Origin: Girardia tigrina
Taxonomy: Eukaryota
Length of the DNA: 64,000 nt
Direction of reading: 5' to 3'
Assembly: GCA_001938485.1 (NCBI GenBank)
Contig: MQRK01232195.1
Span: 1 to 64,000, forward strand
Shown here: in pieces, positions 53,230-64,000 of the stretch
How the letters are laid out: each line of letters opens with the position of its first letter
Position numbering within the stretch: the stretch's first letter is position 1
Notes under the pieces: generated by a model
Told to the model about the DNA's origin: nothing
Database searches by the model: none
What the model saw: the letters and a program-made list of their open reading frames with translations, nothing else
Program-made: the position numbers and the translations under genes

Positions 53230-53810
53230 AATAAAAATTTGAAGCCGAGAATCTAAAAATTCCTGGACGGCCATTTTTACGGCATTTTCGGAATTAATTT
53301 GTTTCGAATTGAGGAAGAAATGTTAGTCAGTTTGGGCTAGATCTGGTGAGTATGGAAGATGATTCAGAAGTTCCAAAACAAGTTCCTGTAGTTTTGTTAC
53401 TGTCTTAAATGTACTGTGTAGTTTTTCATTGTCGTGGAGTGAGATTGGAGTCGACTTGTTTATCAACAACGGCTCTTTTTCTTTGAATTTTCGCATCATA
53501 TCTTCCAGTTGATTGCAGTAGACATCTTCTGTGATCTATGAACCAGGTTTCATGGAGTCATAATGGATTACACCTGCGGCAGACCACCAAACACTCACCA
53601 TCAGCTTTTTGATGTGCTTTGTACTGAGTTTTGGTGCTTCATTCGTGTGTCCCCAACTTGTTAAAATTTGATCTACTTCTCATCATAAGTGACGATTTTA
53701 TACAAAAATTTATCACTTTTATAACGACAAAGCATCATCAAGCAAGCATCTAAAGGCTTTTGTTTCTACTTTTCATTCAACTCATGTGGAATTTACTTAT
53801 CTGTTAGGGC
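53230..53810 (-). mobile_element. mariner DD34D transposase fragment
   Basis: IVTYDEK and YSPDLA motifs on the minus strand. Confidence 0.8.
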
Positions 53811-54039
53811 ATTGGCGTGATTAAATAAATTTAAAAAGAAATCAAAACAAGATTTTTATTTGAAATATGTTTATTTATTATTCACAATTCGTTACAATTT
53901 ATTAAAAGATAAAGTCTAATTATTGATTTTGGATATTAGGTTAGGCACTTAGTGTCTTCACTGAAGATTTTAAATATATAAAAGAATATAATATTTAATA
54001 TATGAATTATATTTTATTATTATATTCTATTATTTCTTG

Positions 54040-55313
54040 TAAAGATATTTCGACATGGTATAAGCGACAAAAATGTAGCAAAAGTGTTGAAAATATTGAA
54101 TCCCTCCACAATAGCAGATGCTTTAACAATAGTTAGAGAAGAAGACTGCGAAAAAGTTGATAATAAGGATCATGAATTCTATAAAATGAACAAAAATATA
54201 GAAGTATCAGAGTTATTGCAAGAAATTAAGAAGTTAAAGCAAGAAAATAAACAACTAAGAGATGAGATATCAAAACTGAAAGATCGAAGTTTTCCGAAAA
54301 CTAACAATTTTGAAAGAAATAACAAATGCGAAAACGTTAAATGCTACAAATGCAATAAAACTGGGCATATTAAGAGATTTTGCAGAATAATAATATGTTA
54401 TGAATGCGGCGGAAATCACAAAAAAAATCACTGTGCGAACCTCAAGACGGTGAAAGTGATGCAGGAAGAAGAACTATCGGATATCAAGAGCATTAACTCG
54501 ACATCTCACTCTTCAAGATCAGAGACTAGGCAGTTTATTGCAATTTCAAAATGTAAACTAGAAAAAATGGGATTTGATCAACCAGTATGTGGATTACATC
54601 AATGGCACAACCAAAAAGCCTAAAAGGCTACTATACAAAGAGGTACTGATGAAAAAATTATCAAAATGAACAAACACGTTGTTCAATGTACTATTGATAA
54701 CAGAAAATAAATGTTGTTCGACACTGGAGCCGATTTAAACGTGATAAGCGAGAGTCTTGTAAAATGTTTAACGGAAGAATCGGGAATAAGGATACATCCA
54801 TTAGAAACAAAATTCAGATGTGCCAACGGTCAAACAGTAATTTACAAAGGAAAAATTAAACTTTCGGTAAATGTAGGTCCCATAGCAACGAAACATGTTT
54901 TTGATATCATGCCAGATATATCACCAGATATTTTTATTGGATTGAGAAGCATAAAAAAAATATGGTATAAGCGTCAGGCCAGAGATTGATTCTGTCGAAA
55001 TTCAAAATGTTATTGTTCCATTCGTTTCAGCCACCAAAGCTGCGACGACTTTAAACTAATCCCTACCGTATTTAAGGGTTCGGATGCGGATGAAGGGGCA
55101 AAAAGAGCTCAGAAGTTTTTAATTAAGCGCGTGATTTTATGTAATAATGTAGAATTATCCGGCTCTCGAGAATTATTTGTGAAAGGTGCTGTGTTAGATA
55201 AAAATATACAGAAGTTATTAATATTCGATGATTTATTATTTATTTTGGATAAACTGAAAATGACAGAGAAAGATTTATTAATTTGTGATTCCTTAGTTAC
55301 TGCACATGAATGA
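54040..55313 (+). mobile_element. Gypsy family 4 gag-protease fragment with -1 frameshift into pol
   Basis: Two CCHC knuckles; LFDTGAD; T_TTA_AAC TAA at 55050-59. Confidence 0.85.
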
Positions 55314-55829
55314 TTTATATGGGTGATTTATATTTTTGTAAATTACTGTAAAATACTGTAAATTATTTTTTGTATTTAAATATATCTAAAACAAATTGTA
55401 TTTAAAATTGTATATTTTGTATTTAAAATAATTTTAGGTAATAAAAAATTTTAAACTGAAATATTGATAATAAATAAGTCGTTAAAATCTTTTATTAAAA
55501 AACATTTTCATAAATAAAAGAAAATAACATTAAACTAATTCTAAAATAATAAAAAATCATTTTGTTAATTTAGTAAAAATATGACTACAATAAATTATGT
55601 TTGTTTTAAATTAAATTAAATTGCAAAATAGTGGAATGTAAATTTTCAAAATAAAGAGAATAAAAAATTTCAATTTTAAAATAGCTTATCAGTATTTATA
55701 ATTCTATATTTTTATATAAAAATCGGGTCATAAAGAAAACAAAGAAAAGTTCCTCGACAAAAAATTGTTTGAATAATTGTTATTTGTGATAGAAATAAAA
55801 TTTGGTGTTAATGAGTTATAATTTTGATC

Positions 55830-55990
55830 AAGAACCCAACAATATGAAAATAGAATACCGGAAAGGAAAAGATCACGCAAATGCCGACACTCTATCAAGA
55901 TTTGGTTATTGTAAACAATGCACTCTAAATCATAAAGAACCACTGAAAAGACGAAACGTTAAATTTTTCGAAAACAGTTCAAACGATTAA
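55830..55990 (+). mobile_element. Gypsy RNase H C-terminal scrap
   Basis: IEYRKGKDHANADTLSR. Confidence 0.75.
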
Positions 55991-58044
55991 AGCAATGAAA
56001 AAGCTATATGCAAATTGTTACGAAAACGAGCTAAATCGGTTAATGAAACTTATTTATTCGTCTGCGTAACTTTTTGATATTACACAAAACCAAAAAAAAT
56101 TGACGACTCGAATATGTATAACGAAATTGTATTCAACCAAAAATAATTATATAACGGAAGGATCAAGACAAAAATCCGAAGTCGTTATTATTACGGAAAC
56201 GAGCTAATGAGTCAAAGATCGTCACTAGCTCGTCTACGCAATCTCGTTTTGTACGATAAATAAAATAAAAAGAATATAAATAATTAAATAAAAATTATAA
56301 TTGTATGAATAAACGGTATAACAACGTGAGGTAAAGTTAAACACAGAGGTCAATTGATCACGAAAGGAATAACGTACGTAGTTTATGGAATAATAAAAAA
56401 AATAAATCACTGGATTAGAAACCTGAGATCTCGATGCTATCGAATCTGTTTCTGTTCGGGGGATAAATCGGAATTGAAAATCGTTGATTTGGTTTGAAAT
56501 ACAGCCTGGAATAGAACTGTTTCGGTATGGAGAAAATGTTCCCGTATTCGAATTTGTCAAGTGAATAAGCCGATTCACTAACCTTATCTCGGACACGGGT
56601 ATTTGATTTATCGATGATAATTGCGAAAACGCCGAAAAAAAACGTCAATCGTTGCTTTCTTAAAAGTTTGGCGAATTGACTTGACCTTGTTCAATATAAT
56701 ATTTTCAATCTTCTCGATCAATTTTTTTATCGATCCCTTTTAACTTTATTATTGCCATAGGCAATAATGTCCATAATGCATATTATTAAACTTATGCATA
56801 TTATACAAATTTTTCTTTTTGAAATAAATTTTTGTCTCTTGTTTTTTTTTTGATAAGTTCGATTCCATGATCTCACTGTGTCTAATGACCAAATCCAAAT
56901 TGCACTATCGATACTCACGACTTCACTCACGAATAATTTCAACATAAAGATCGCCAAAATCGGTTCTTTTCTTTTCTGGAATAACCGGGGACTCCGTAAC
57001 CACGAATAATAATTGACATATTGATACAATTCACAACAAATTAACGTTAAAATAGAAGTAATATGAATTATTGAAAATAAACTAACTTAAAGTTTCACAA
57101 GTACATACGCATTCGTACATCATCACCCCGTCAAAATACAAATGACCAAATATTCATCATCAGTAGTGTTAGATGGTATCAATCAAAGGAACAAAAATTT
57201 TCTAAACAGGGCACACTACTGATCCAAAATTCACAATACTGTAGAGAAGAAAATCAAAGTCCGCAACAGTTATATCATACAAAAACGAGAAGTTGTTTCC
57301 AGAGGGATGTCAAAATAAAACAAAAGTATACCAATTATTTTTGATTAGATCTGGTACTGAAAACGCCCGAGCAAATGTTTTATTTAATTGATTCTGTGAA
57401 GATACTATATAACACGACGAAATGTTCTTTTTCCCGCTTCTTTTGATAGAAATTCACTCGATGTCGTTGGATTGAAGTTTTGGGATAGACTAGAGAAAAT
57501 AGGAATTCGGAATCGTATGAATTTGTTTCCGTATCGGTAATAATCAGTGAGATAGATAGCTCATTGATAAATTTTGAGATACGGAGTTTTTCTTTTTCGA
57601 TTTACGTAGGTCAAATCAAACAATTTTCTGGTTGAAACTTGCTGTTGAGTGGAAACTAATTCCCAAATTTAATTTTGTGATCCATCTTTTAATCGATTTT
57701 TTTATCGTTTCAGTATTTTATTAAATTCATTTCTGATTTAGGGCTGTTATGTGTTAAAATTAGTTCTTCCGTTGATTTAAGCATAATAAAATGAGAATAT
57801 GATTACAAAAATTATTGATAACAAGAATAAAAAAAATCCACACAAGGAGCAATAAAAAAAATCAAACAGCAAACCATGCCACAAAGACAATAAACATCAC
57901 ACACGCGCAAAAAAATACACTATTGTTAGACACAATGAAGACGAAAAAAAATATTAACATGAGAAAAAAATAAAAACAAATGTACACGCATTGTTTCGTG
58001 AGTTTTAACAATAGTCCCCCTGATGTTAAGTGGAAGGTTAGAAA

Positions 58045-58880
58045 AAAAAGAATTTTTTGTTTTGTCAATGCTTGTGTTTATCCTCGCATATTTCGGTCTT
58101 TATTTGAAGTAATTTGCACAAAATCGTTTTGCTTCCTTTTTCTTCTATTTTACTACTAAAACAGTTTCCTTCACATTCTTCTTTCCAACAATCTAATTTA
58201 CAAACTTCGAGGGGGTTATTTCCAGTCATACAATTACATACACAATCACACATACATTCACATACACAATCACACACACCATCATACTTACTTTTATCAC
58301 TTAATGAAGCACATTGATCACCTCTCCTTGCGATCGTGCCTCCTCGTTTCCCTGATCATTTTCATACCTTTGTCTCTTATCTGCGAAGACCCTTTTAGTT
58401 AACTTTTCTTGATTTGATCTAGTCTCTTCGTATTCGCTGTCCTCATTGCATTCATCAATTTCCGCAACTGGGTATTGACGATTTTGAGGTCTATTATGGT
58501 ATCCTGCATTATTTTGTCTCTTCCAATCGCTGTTTCTACTGTACTGTTTTCTTTCCTTAAATCTATTCTTGTTGAGATAACATTGAGTTCTATAATGGTC
58601 ATTTCTGTTGCAGTGAGTACACTTCACATTTGAGCAATCTCTTCTTATGTGCCTTCTTCTTGACATGGATAACATTTTACAGTTCTGTAATAATTGTTTT
58701 TCGGTTTGAATCCATTATTTCCTTGGTTCCTATTGTTGTGCTCGTAATTTCCATGTGCGTTTCTTTCTTCGTGTACAGCTTTGCGTCAAGTTACGGTGTT
58801 CCAATTATCTTGTTTATTTACCGTTGTATATGCTGCCACTGTTTCCTCACTTTCCATTTTACGTAGTTCGTACATATTGG
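58045..58880 (-). mobile_element. Gypsy family 1 gag C-terminus and transframe fragment
   Basis: CCHC knuckles; QGNEEARSQGEVINVLH*; Cys-rich transframe peptide. Confidence 0.8.
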
Positions 58881-59559
58881 TAACTACGCTTGGTGATGCG
58901 AGAGCGAGCGCAGCTTGGTGGCCGCGGTGTCTTGGCGCTGGGGGATGGACTGCGAGTCCTGGGGGGCTTAAATTATCAATCTCACGGACGTCAGGTGAGC
59001 CCCAACGTTTGTCGTCCAATATTTTGTCATTGTCGTTGGCTGATCAGGATCCGATGAGGGTTTCATCACGGCTTCTTCTTCCGACAGTCCGCCACAACGA
59101 TCGATATGACCTCGTGATCTTCCAATCGACGTCGCTTCGGGCTTGAGATTCGATGAGAGAATTCGTGATTCTTGAGTCCGATCATTACCTCTCGTGAATT
59201 TATCACCACCATCGTTTGACACTTCGATTCTCAACATCGGACTCGCAGTGACAATTTCCTCATTGATCGGTAGACAAGTTGAATTCGAAATCATCATTAC
59301 AGTCGTTACGAAATTCATTTTGTTCGATTCAAATTGTTGAGTTTCATTCACCAACATAGACATTCAACTCTTTTTTATTTCACGTTTTATCAATTCACAC
59401 TTTAAAAAAATGTCAACCATCAAACAAACAATAAAAGAAATTCGCGCCAAATTTTTATTTATTTTGTCAAATTAATTAATTTAAACAAGAATCGAAATCA
59501 CCGAATATTTTTCGGAAAAGTCAAATTTCAATAAATCATTTTTCACAAAAAAAATTAAC

Positions 59560-60903
59560 GTCATTCCCAGATTGGCCAATCTATTTTTAGATCTACTTTT
59601 AGATCACCCTGGCAGTTCCATCTCATACAAATTACTCCAGACAAGAGTCATATGACCAAACATGACAAAAGACGTCAAACTATGGACAGCACAATGCTTT
59701 CAATGCCAGAAATTTAAACATCTAAGAAAATCAACCCTTTGATATATCACTTTCCTACTAGTTCACGCTTTGAAACAGTACACATCGATTTAGTCGGTCC
59801 ACTGACACCAGACAGAGGTTATCAATACATCCTCACCATGCTTGATAGATCTACCAGATGGACAGATGCAGTCCCTTTAAAACAAATAGACGCAGAAACA
59901 ATATCATAGATATTTCTTTCAACATGTATTTGCCGATACGGAGCTCCAAAATATATAATATCAGATCGAGGAAGACAATTTGAGGCAGAAATTTTCAAAT
60001 CACTGAACATTCGATTCGGAACAACACATATACACACTTCAGCATATCATCCTCAATCAAATGGCGGTTTAGAAAGATTCCACCGAATTTTCAAAACATC
60101 TTTAAAAATTTTAGCAGACGGCAATTCACGTTGGTTAAATTCAATGCCATACGTACTTTTAGGTTGGAGCAATACGCCTAACACCTCCACATCAACCACA
60201 CCTAGTCAAGCTCTTTTGGGTTCACAAATACGTTTTATAGTCGAATTAACAGACTGTGACTCAACTCCATCTGATCAAACAATACTTACAGCACGCGAGC
60301 ATTTTGAAAAATCACAGAAAGATAATTTTTTCAGAATATTAAACAATTTTAAAGATTTTATTCCGAAAACTATCTTTGAAGCAAAATTTCTTTGGTTAAA
60401 AAAACCATTCAGCACATGGACTACAACCAACATATATCGGTCCATTTAAAATCATCGAGATCTATTCACATAACGCAAAAATTTTAAAAACGATGTAGAA
60501 GAAATAGTTTATTTGTATAACGTTAAACCCGCTTTCTTTATTACTGATGACAACACACAGGATAATATCAAAATCAGTCATATTAGATTTATTATCTCCA
60601 AACAACTACAATATCAGTGAGGAAATACCTTCAAATAAAAATAATTACGATAATTCAATTCACAACTTGGATTACGAATTTACAAATTCTGAAAAACCTT
60701 CCTCAAATAATAAAAAAACTACACATTTCACAGAATTTAGACAAGCACTTTCACATCCACGGAAATGGAAAAGCATAAAAACCAGCGAAAGTCAAAACAA
60801 ATTAATTAGCACATAAGATTAAACTTAATAACAAAATCTTAATTATTTTTTTTATCTCTGTATCATATTTTTCCATATACGTTTGAATCTCAAGATCGGG
60901 GGC
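59560..60903 (+). mobile_element. Gypsy integrase fragment ending in a PPT; LTR probably starts at 60904
   Basis: HPG..C..CQ, VHIDLVGPL, ISDRGRQF, YHPQSNG..ERFHR; GGGGG then TGTG. Confidence 0.85.
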
Positions 60904-61427
60904 TGTGTTGTGTTGTGTTATATGTATTTTTTATACTCAATCAATATTTCGTATTCAAACAACTAACAATTCGATGAAAATCCAAATATGAAATATTCGA
61001 AACAAGAAATTCTCTAAATCAAATAAAAAAATTAAATTAGAATTGGAAATATTTGTGTGGTGTTCAAAAAAAACACAAAAAACAATTTAATTTAAAATTC
61101 AAAAATTAACATAATAATGTTTTGTTTTACTAATCAAAAATTGGCGAAAAACTCAAAAACATACGAATCCACAAGAACACCAACCAGAATCGCAATCAAT
61201 ATGCTCAACGGACTGTCAATCGTCAACCCAACTATGCCCAGACGAGACTCGTGGATCTATTCCAATTATTTCGTGTCTTATTTTTTCCCGTTCCAACGAC
61301 GGAAGTTGGTGGTGCAAATTGCACTCGCCAAAATTTGAAATTAATATATTTTCATATCTAGGTTTTCTCAAAATTAAAAAACAATTTGAATTCTAAAAAA
61401 ATTGTAAATATTTTAATTATGTAAATA

Positions 61428-62389
61428 AAACAGTACTGAGATATCATTAACTTTTTATTGAATTAACTAAATTGAAGATAATTAATGCAGCTTCCTTTAA
61501 CAAAGAATTTGTAGAGGTAACTAATCACTACAAAATTGGTATCAGAATCATTTCAGTATCTTTGGCAGAACAGTTATATCGGGATTGCTTTGTGCATCCT
61601 GAACTTGAAAGATTGATATCTTCAAGAAAAATTTAGAACAGAATTTATCAGTATTGTACAAGGAAATACTAGAAATCGTTGACAATTTGCTGAACAATTT
61701 ACAGAGCATTCTTATTGACAATATGAACAAATACGAAATCGTGAAAAACTTTGATTTTTTAATAAATTCAATTTTTTCTGAGGTTGTGCATTTTATTATG
61801 AAAACTGTTAGACAGTTCGAAATTCATTGATGCAATTGAAAATAAATGTACAGATCTCAATCAATTGACGCATCTTAGAGACTTGAAACCTTATAAATAT
61901 TTCCAAAACAAATGGATAGTTCTCGTTTATTTTCAAATTAGGTATCAAGAGATTACATCTCTATTTGATCACAAATCGTTCAAAGATGTTTCTCTTGTGC
62001 CAACAGGCGGCTATAACTTTTCAATAATCGGCATCACGGCTAGTTCTATTAGTCGGTGTTGGCAAGAAGGTATTTATTTGGATGTCTTCAGACACAGATT
62101 CTGGAAGTTAAATTTACCCGAAATAAGTTAAATGACCCGAAACAAGACGATGAAACTGCAAAAACATTGAAATTAATTAATGTTAAAATAAAATTATGGA
62201 TCGATTTATATAAATTGATCGATAGTACAAATCAATTTATAAAACAGATGTCCAGCATTATCGCTTCTGTACAGTCAATTCTAAACAGTACTGAGATATC
62301 GTTGACTTTTTATTGAATTAACTAAATTGAAGATAATGAATGCAGCCTCCTTTGACAAAGAATTTGTAGAGGTACCTAATCACTACAAA
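61428..62389 (+). pseudogene. COG2: Intronless, permuted COG2 (conserved oligomeric Golgi complex subunit 2) pseudogene fragment
   Basis: FDFLINSIFSEVV, KFIDAIENKC, LRDLKPYKYFQNKWIVLVYFQIRYQEI, SSISRCWQEGIYL..FRHRFWKL and EVPNHYK recall COG2 motifs; frameshifts and deletion. Confidence 0.8.
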
Positions 62390-62820
62390 GTCCATACGAC
62401 TTCGTATCACCCACAATAGAACGATCTTGTCGAGCGTTTCCATCGAACCTTAAAGACTTAGTTACCACTTCAAACTGGCATGATTCTCTTCCACTCATGT
62501 TATTAGGTTGGCAAAATACTTTTCATTCATCTACAGGAACTTCTCCTAGCGTTATGTTATTCGGAGCTGGAACAGCTTTCCTTGATGAACTTTTTCGAGA
62601 AACGATTGATACTGATCTCGAAGCTCTACATGTCGCCAGAAAACACTTCCTCTCCTCTGATAGGAACCCATCTTGTGGAAACTCTGTCCAAAAATTAACT
62701 CATGTGCCAAGTTCAGTGCTATCAGCCAAATATGTCTGGATCCGTGAAAAAGGTACCCCCATATGAAGCCTCGTTCTACTGGACCATTTACGGTTATTTC
62801 TATTAAAGGAAATTGTTTAG
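62390..62820 (+). mobile_element. Gypsy integrase fragment
   Basis: VHTTSYHPQ*NDLVERFHRTLK...PRSTGPF. Confidence 0.8.
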
Positions 62821-63794
62821 CTCACTCTTTGTTCTCTAACAGATACCGAACAAAGATGGAGTTTTAACAAGTAACTTTAGTTATTTAGACTTTTCTTGAT
62901 AATAAGAATATTGAATCCAGTTACCACCAGTGCAGTTTACAAAGATGTATTACAGATGTTAGTCTTGCTGGAGGTAACTCAAATCGAAATCTCAAAATCG
63001 TTTAGAATAATAAAAAAAATAATTAAACTCTGAATAAATGATTGAACAAGCTGATCAAACTATGTAGGGCTATATGCCGTTTGATTAACTTGTCGAAAAT
63101 GTCAACCAAACAAATTTTAATAAAAAAATAACCGTTCTTAAACCACGTATTTGAAAAAATGTAATTAGAGAATCGGAATAAATGTCAATCGAGATTAAAT
63201 TTGTCAAAAATGTTTGTTGGAATCGGTTATTAGTAGTGAATCGGTAAATAAGCAAATAGGATAATACACGTCAAATACGAAGTTGGTATTTAGTAATTTG
63301 CGTTACCACTATTGTAAGCAGAATTTCAGTTAATATTAACAATATTTCTGAATCTGACAATCAATAATTTCATATTTGAATTCAAAATTCAAAATTTGTC
63401 ATTATATAATTAAAATTCCAAACTTGACATTATATAATTAATCCACTTCTCTTTTCTTTTTCTTCATAGAATACCTTCTTTTTTTAACCAAGTCTCTCTT
63501 TTTCTTTTAATTTCTTTCATTTTTATACAATTGATTCACAAGACAAATAAAGCATATTGTTAAGGTCCTGAAATTAAAAAAAATATTTTAAAAAACAAAT
63601 TTTAAAAATAAATAAATAAGTAACCTTACTCTCCTAAAAAACAAAAATATATAAATTATAAAAAATAATAAATTATAATTAAAATAAAATGTGTTGATTA
63701 ATCCCTTTTTAACTTCCCTTTTGTTTGAGCTCAGTGCTCAGGGACTCCAGGTAGTTAATAGGGATAACTTTTACTTGTAAGAAATAGTACCAAT

Positions 63795-64000
63795 ATAAAT
63801 AATATTATTTTAGTATTATTATTTTTATTATTATATTAATTTATTTTATTTTTATTATTATTTTATCATCAATATTATTATTATTATTTATTAATATTAT
63901 TTTATTTTATTATTATTATTATTATTTTAACATTATTATTATTTTTATTCTGTCATTATTATTATTTTTTTAAAGAAAAAAAATTAATAAAAAATTATTA
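63795..64000. repeat. Degenerate (TAT)n low-complexity tract
   Basis: Seen directly. Confidence 0.9.

Noticed and set aside
53950-54000. CTGAAGA hammerhead candidate (also CTGATGA at ~48785 and ~57160 on the minus strand)
   Set aside because: No properly placed GAAA or stem II/III.

Overview
Very AT-rich eukaryotic (animal) genomic DNA, most likely a free-living flatworm such as a planarian. This is inferred from composition, 47-66 nt short introns and the TE spectrum, and is not proven. Three spliced host genes lie on the + strand: CDK1/cdc2 (5 exons, 3328-32075, 341 aa), a LicD/fukutin-family nucleotidyltransferase (2 exons, 39105-49457, 337 aa) and a small Ly6/uPAR-like secreted or GPI-anchored protein (3 exons, 52278-52882, 163 aa). 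The rest is a patchwork of decayed mobile DNA: several Ty3/Gypsy families and solo LTRs, an RLE-type non-LTR element, Penelope fragments with degenerate hammerhead ribozymes, hAT, mariner/Tc1, Tigger, MULE, piggyBac and Helitron pieces, a 28S rRNA fragment and a COG2 pseudogene. Lead observation: the long TE-filled introns (3.5-15.7 kb) have mutually complementary 5' and 3' ends just inside their splice sites, each with a different sequence. The match is strong in the LicD intron, clear in two CDK1 introns and weak in the fourth. This suggests intron-end RNA pairing that folds giant introns into short ones. Other highlights are a decayed chuvirus-type fusion glycoprotein (env-like) gene, a circularly permuted COG2 retrocopy resembling a circRNA-derived pseudogene, LTRs ending TG...TA, and three different -1 frameshift cassettes. 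All family assignments were made by eye from motifs, without database searches.
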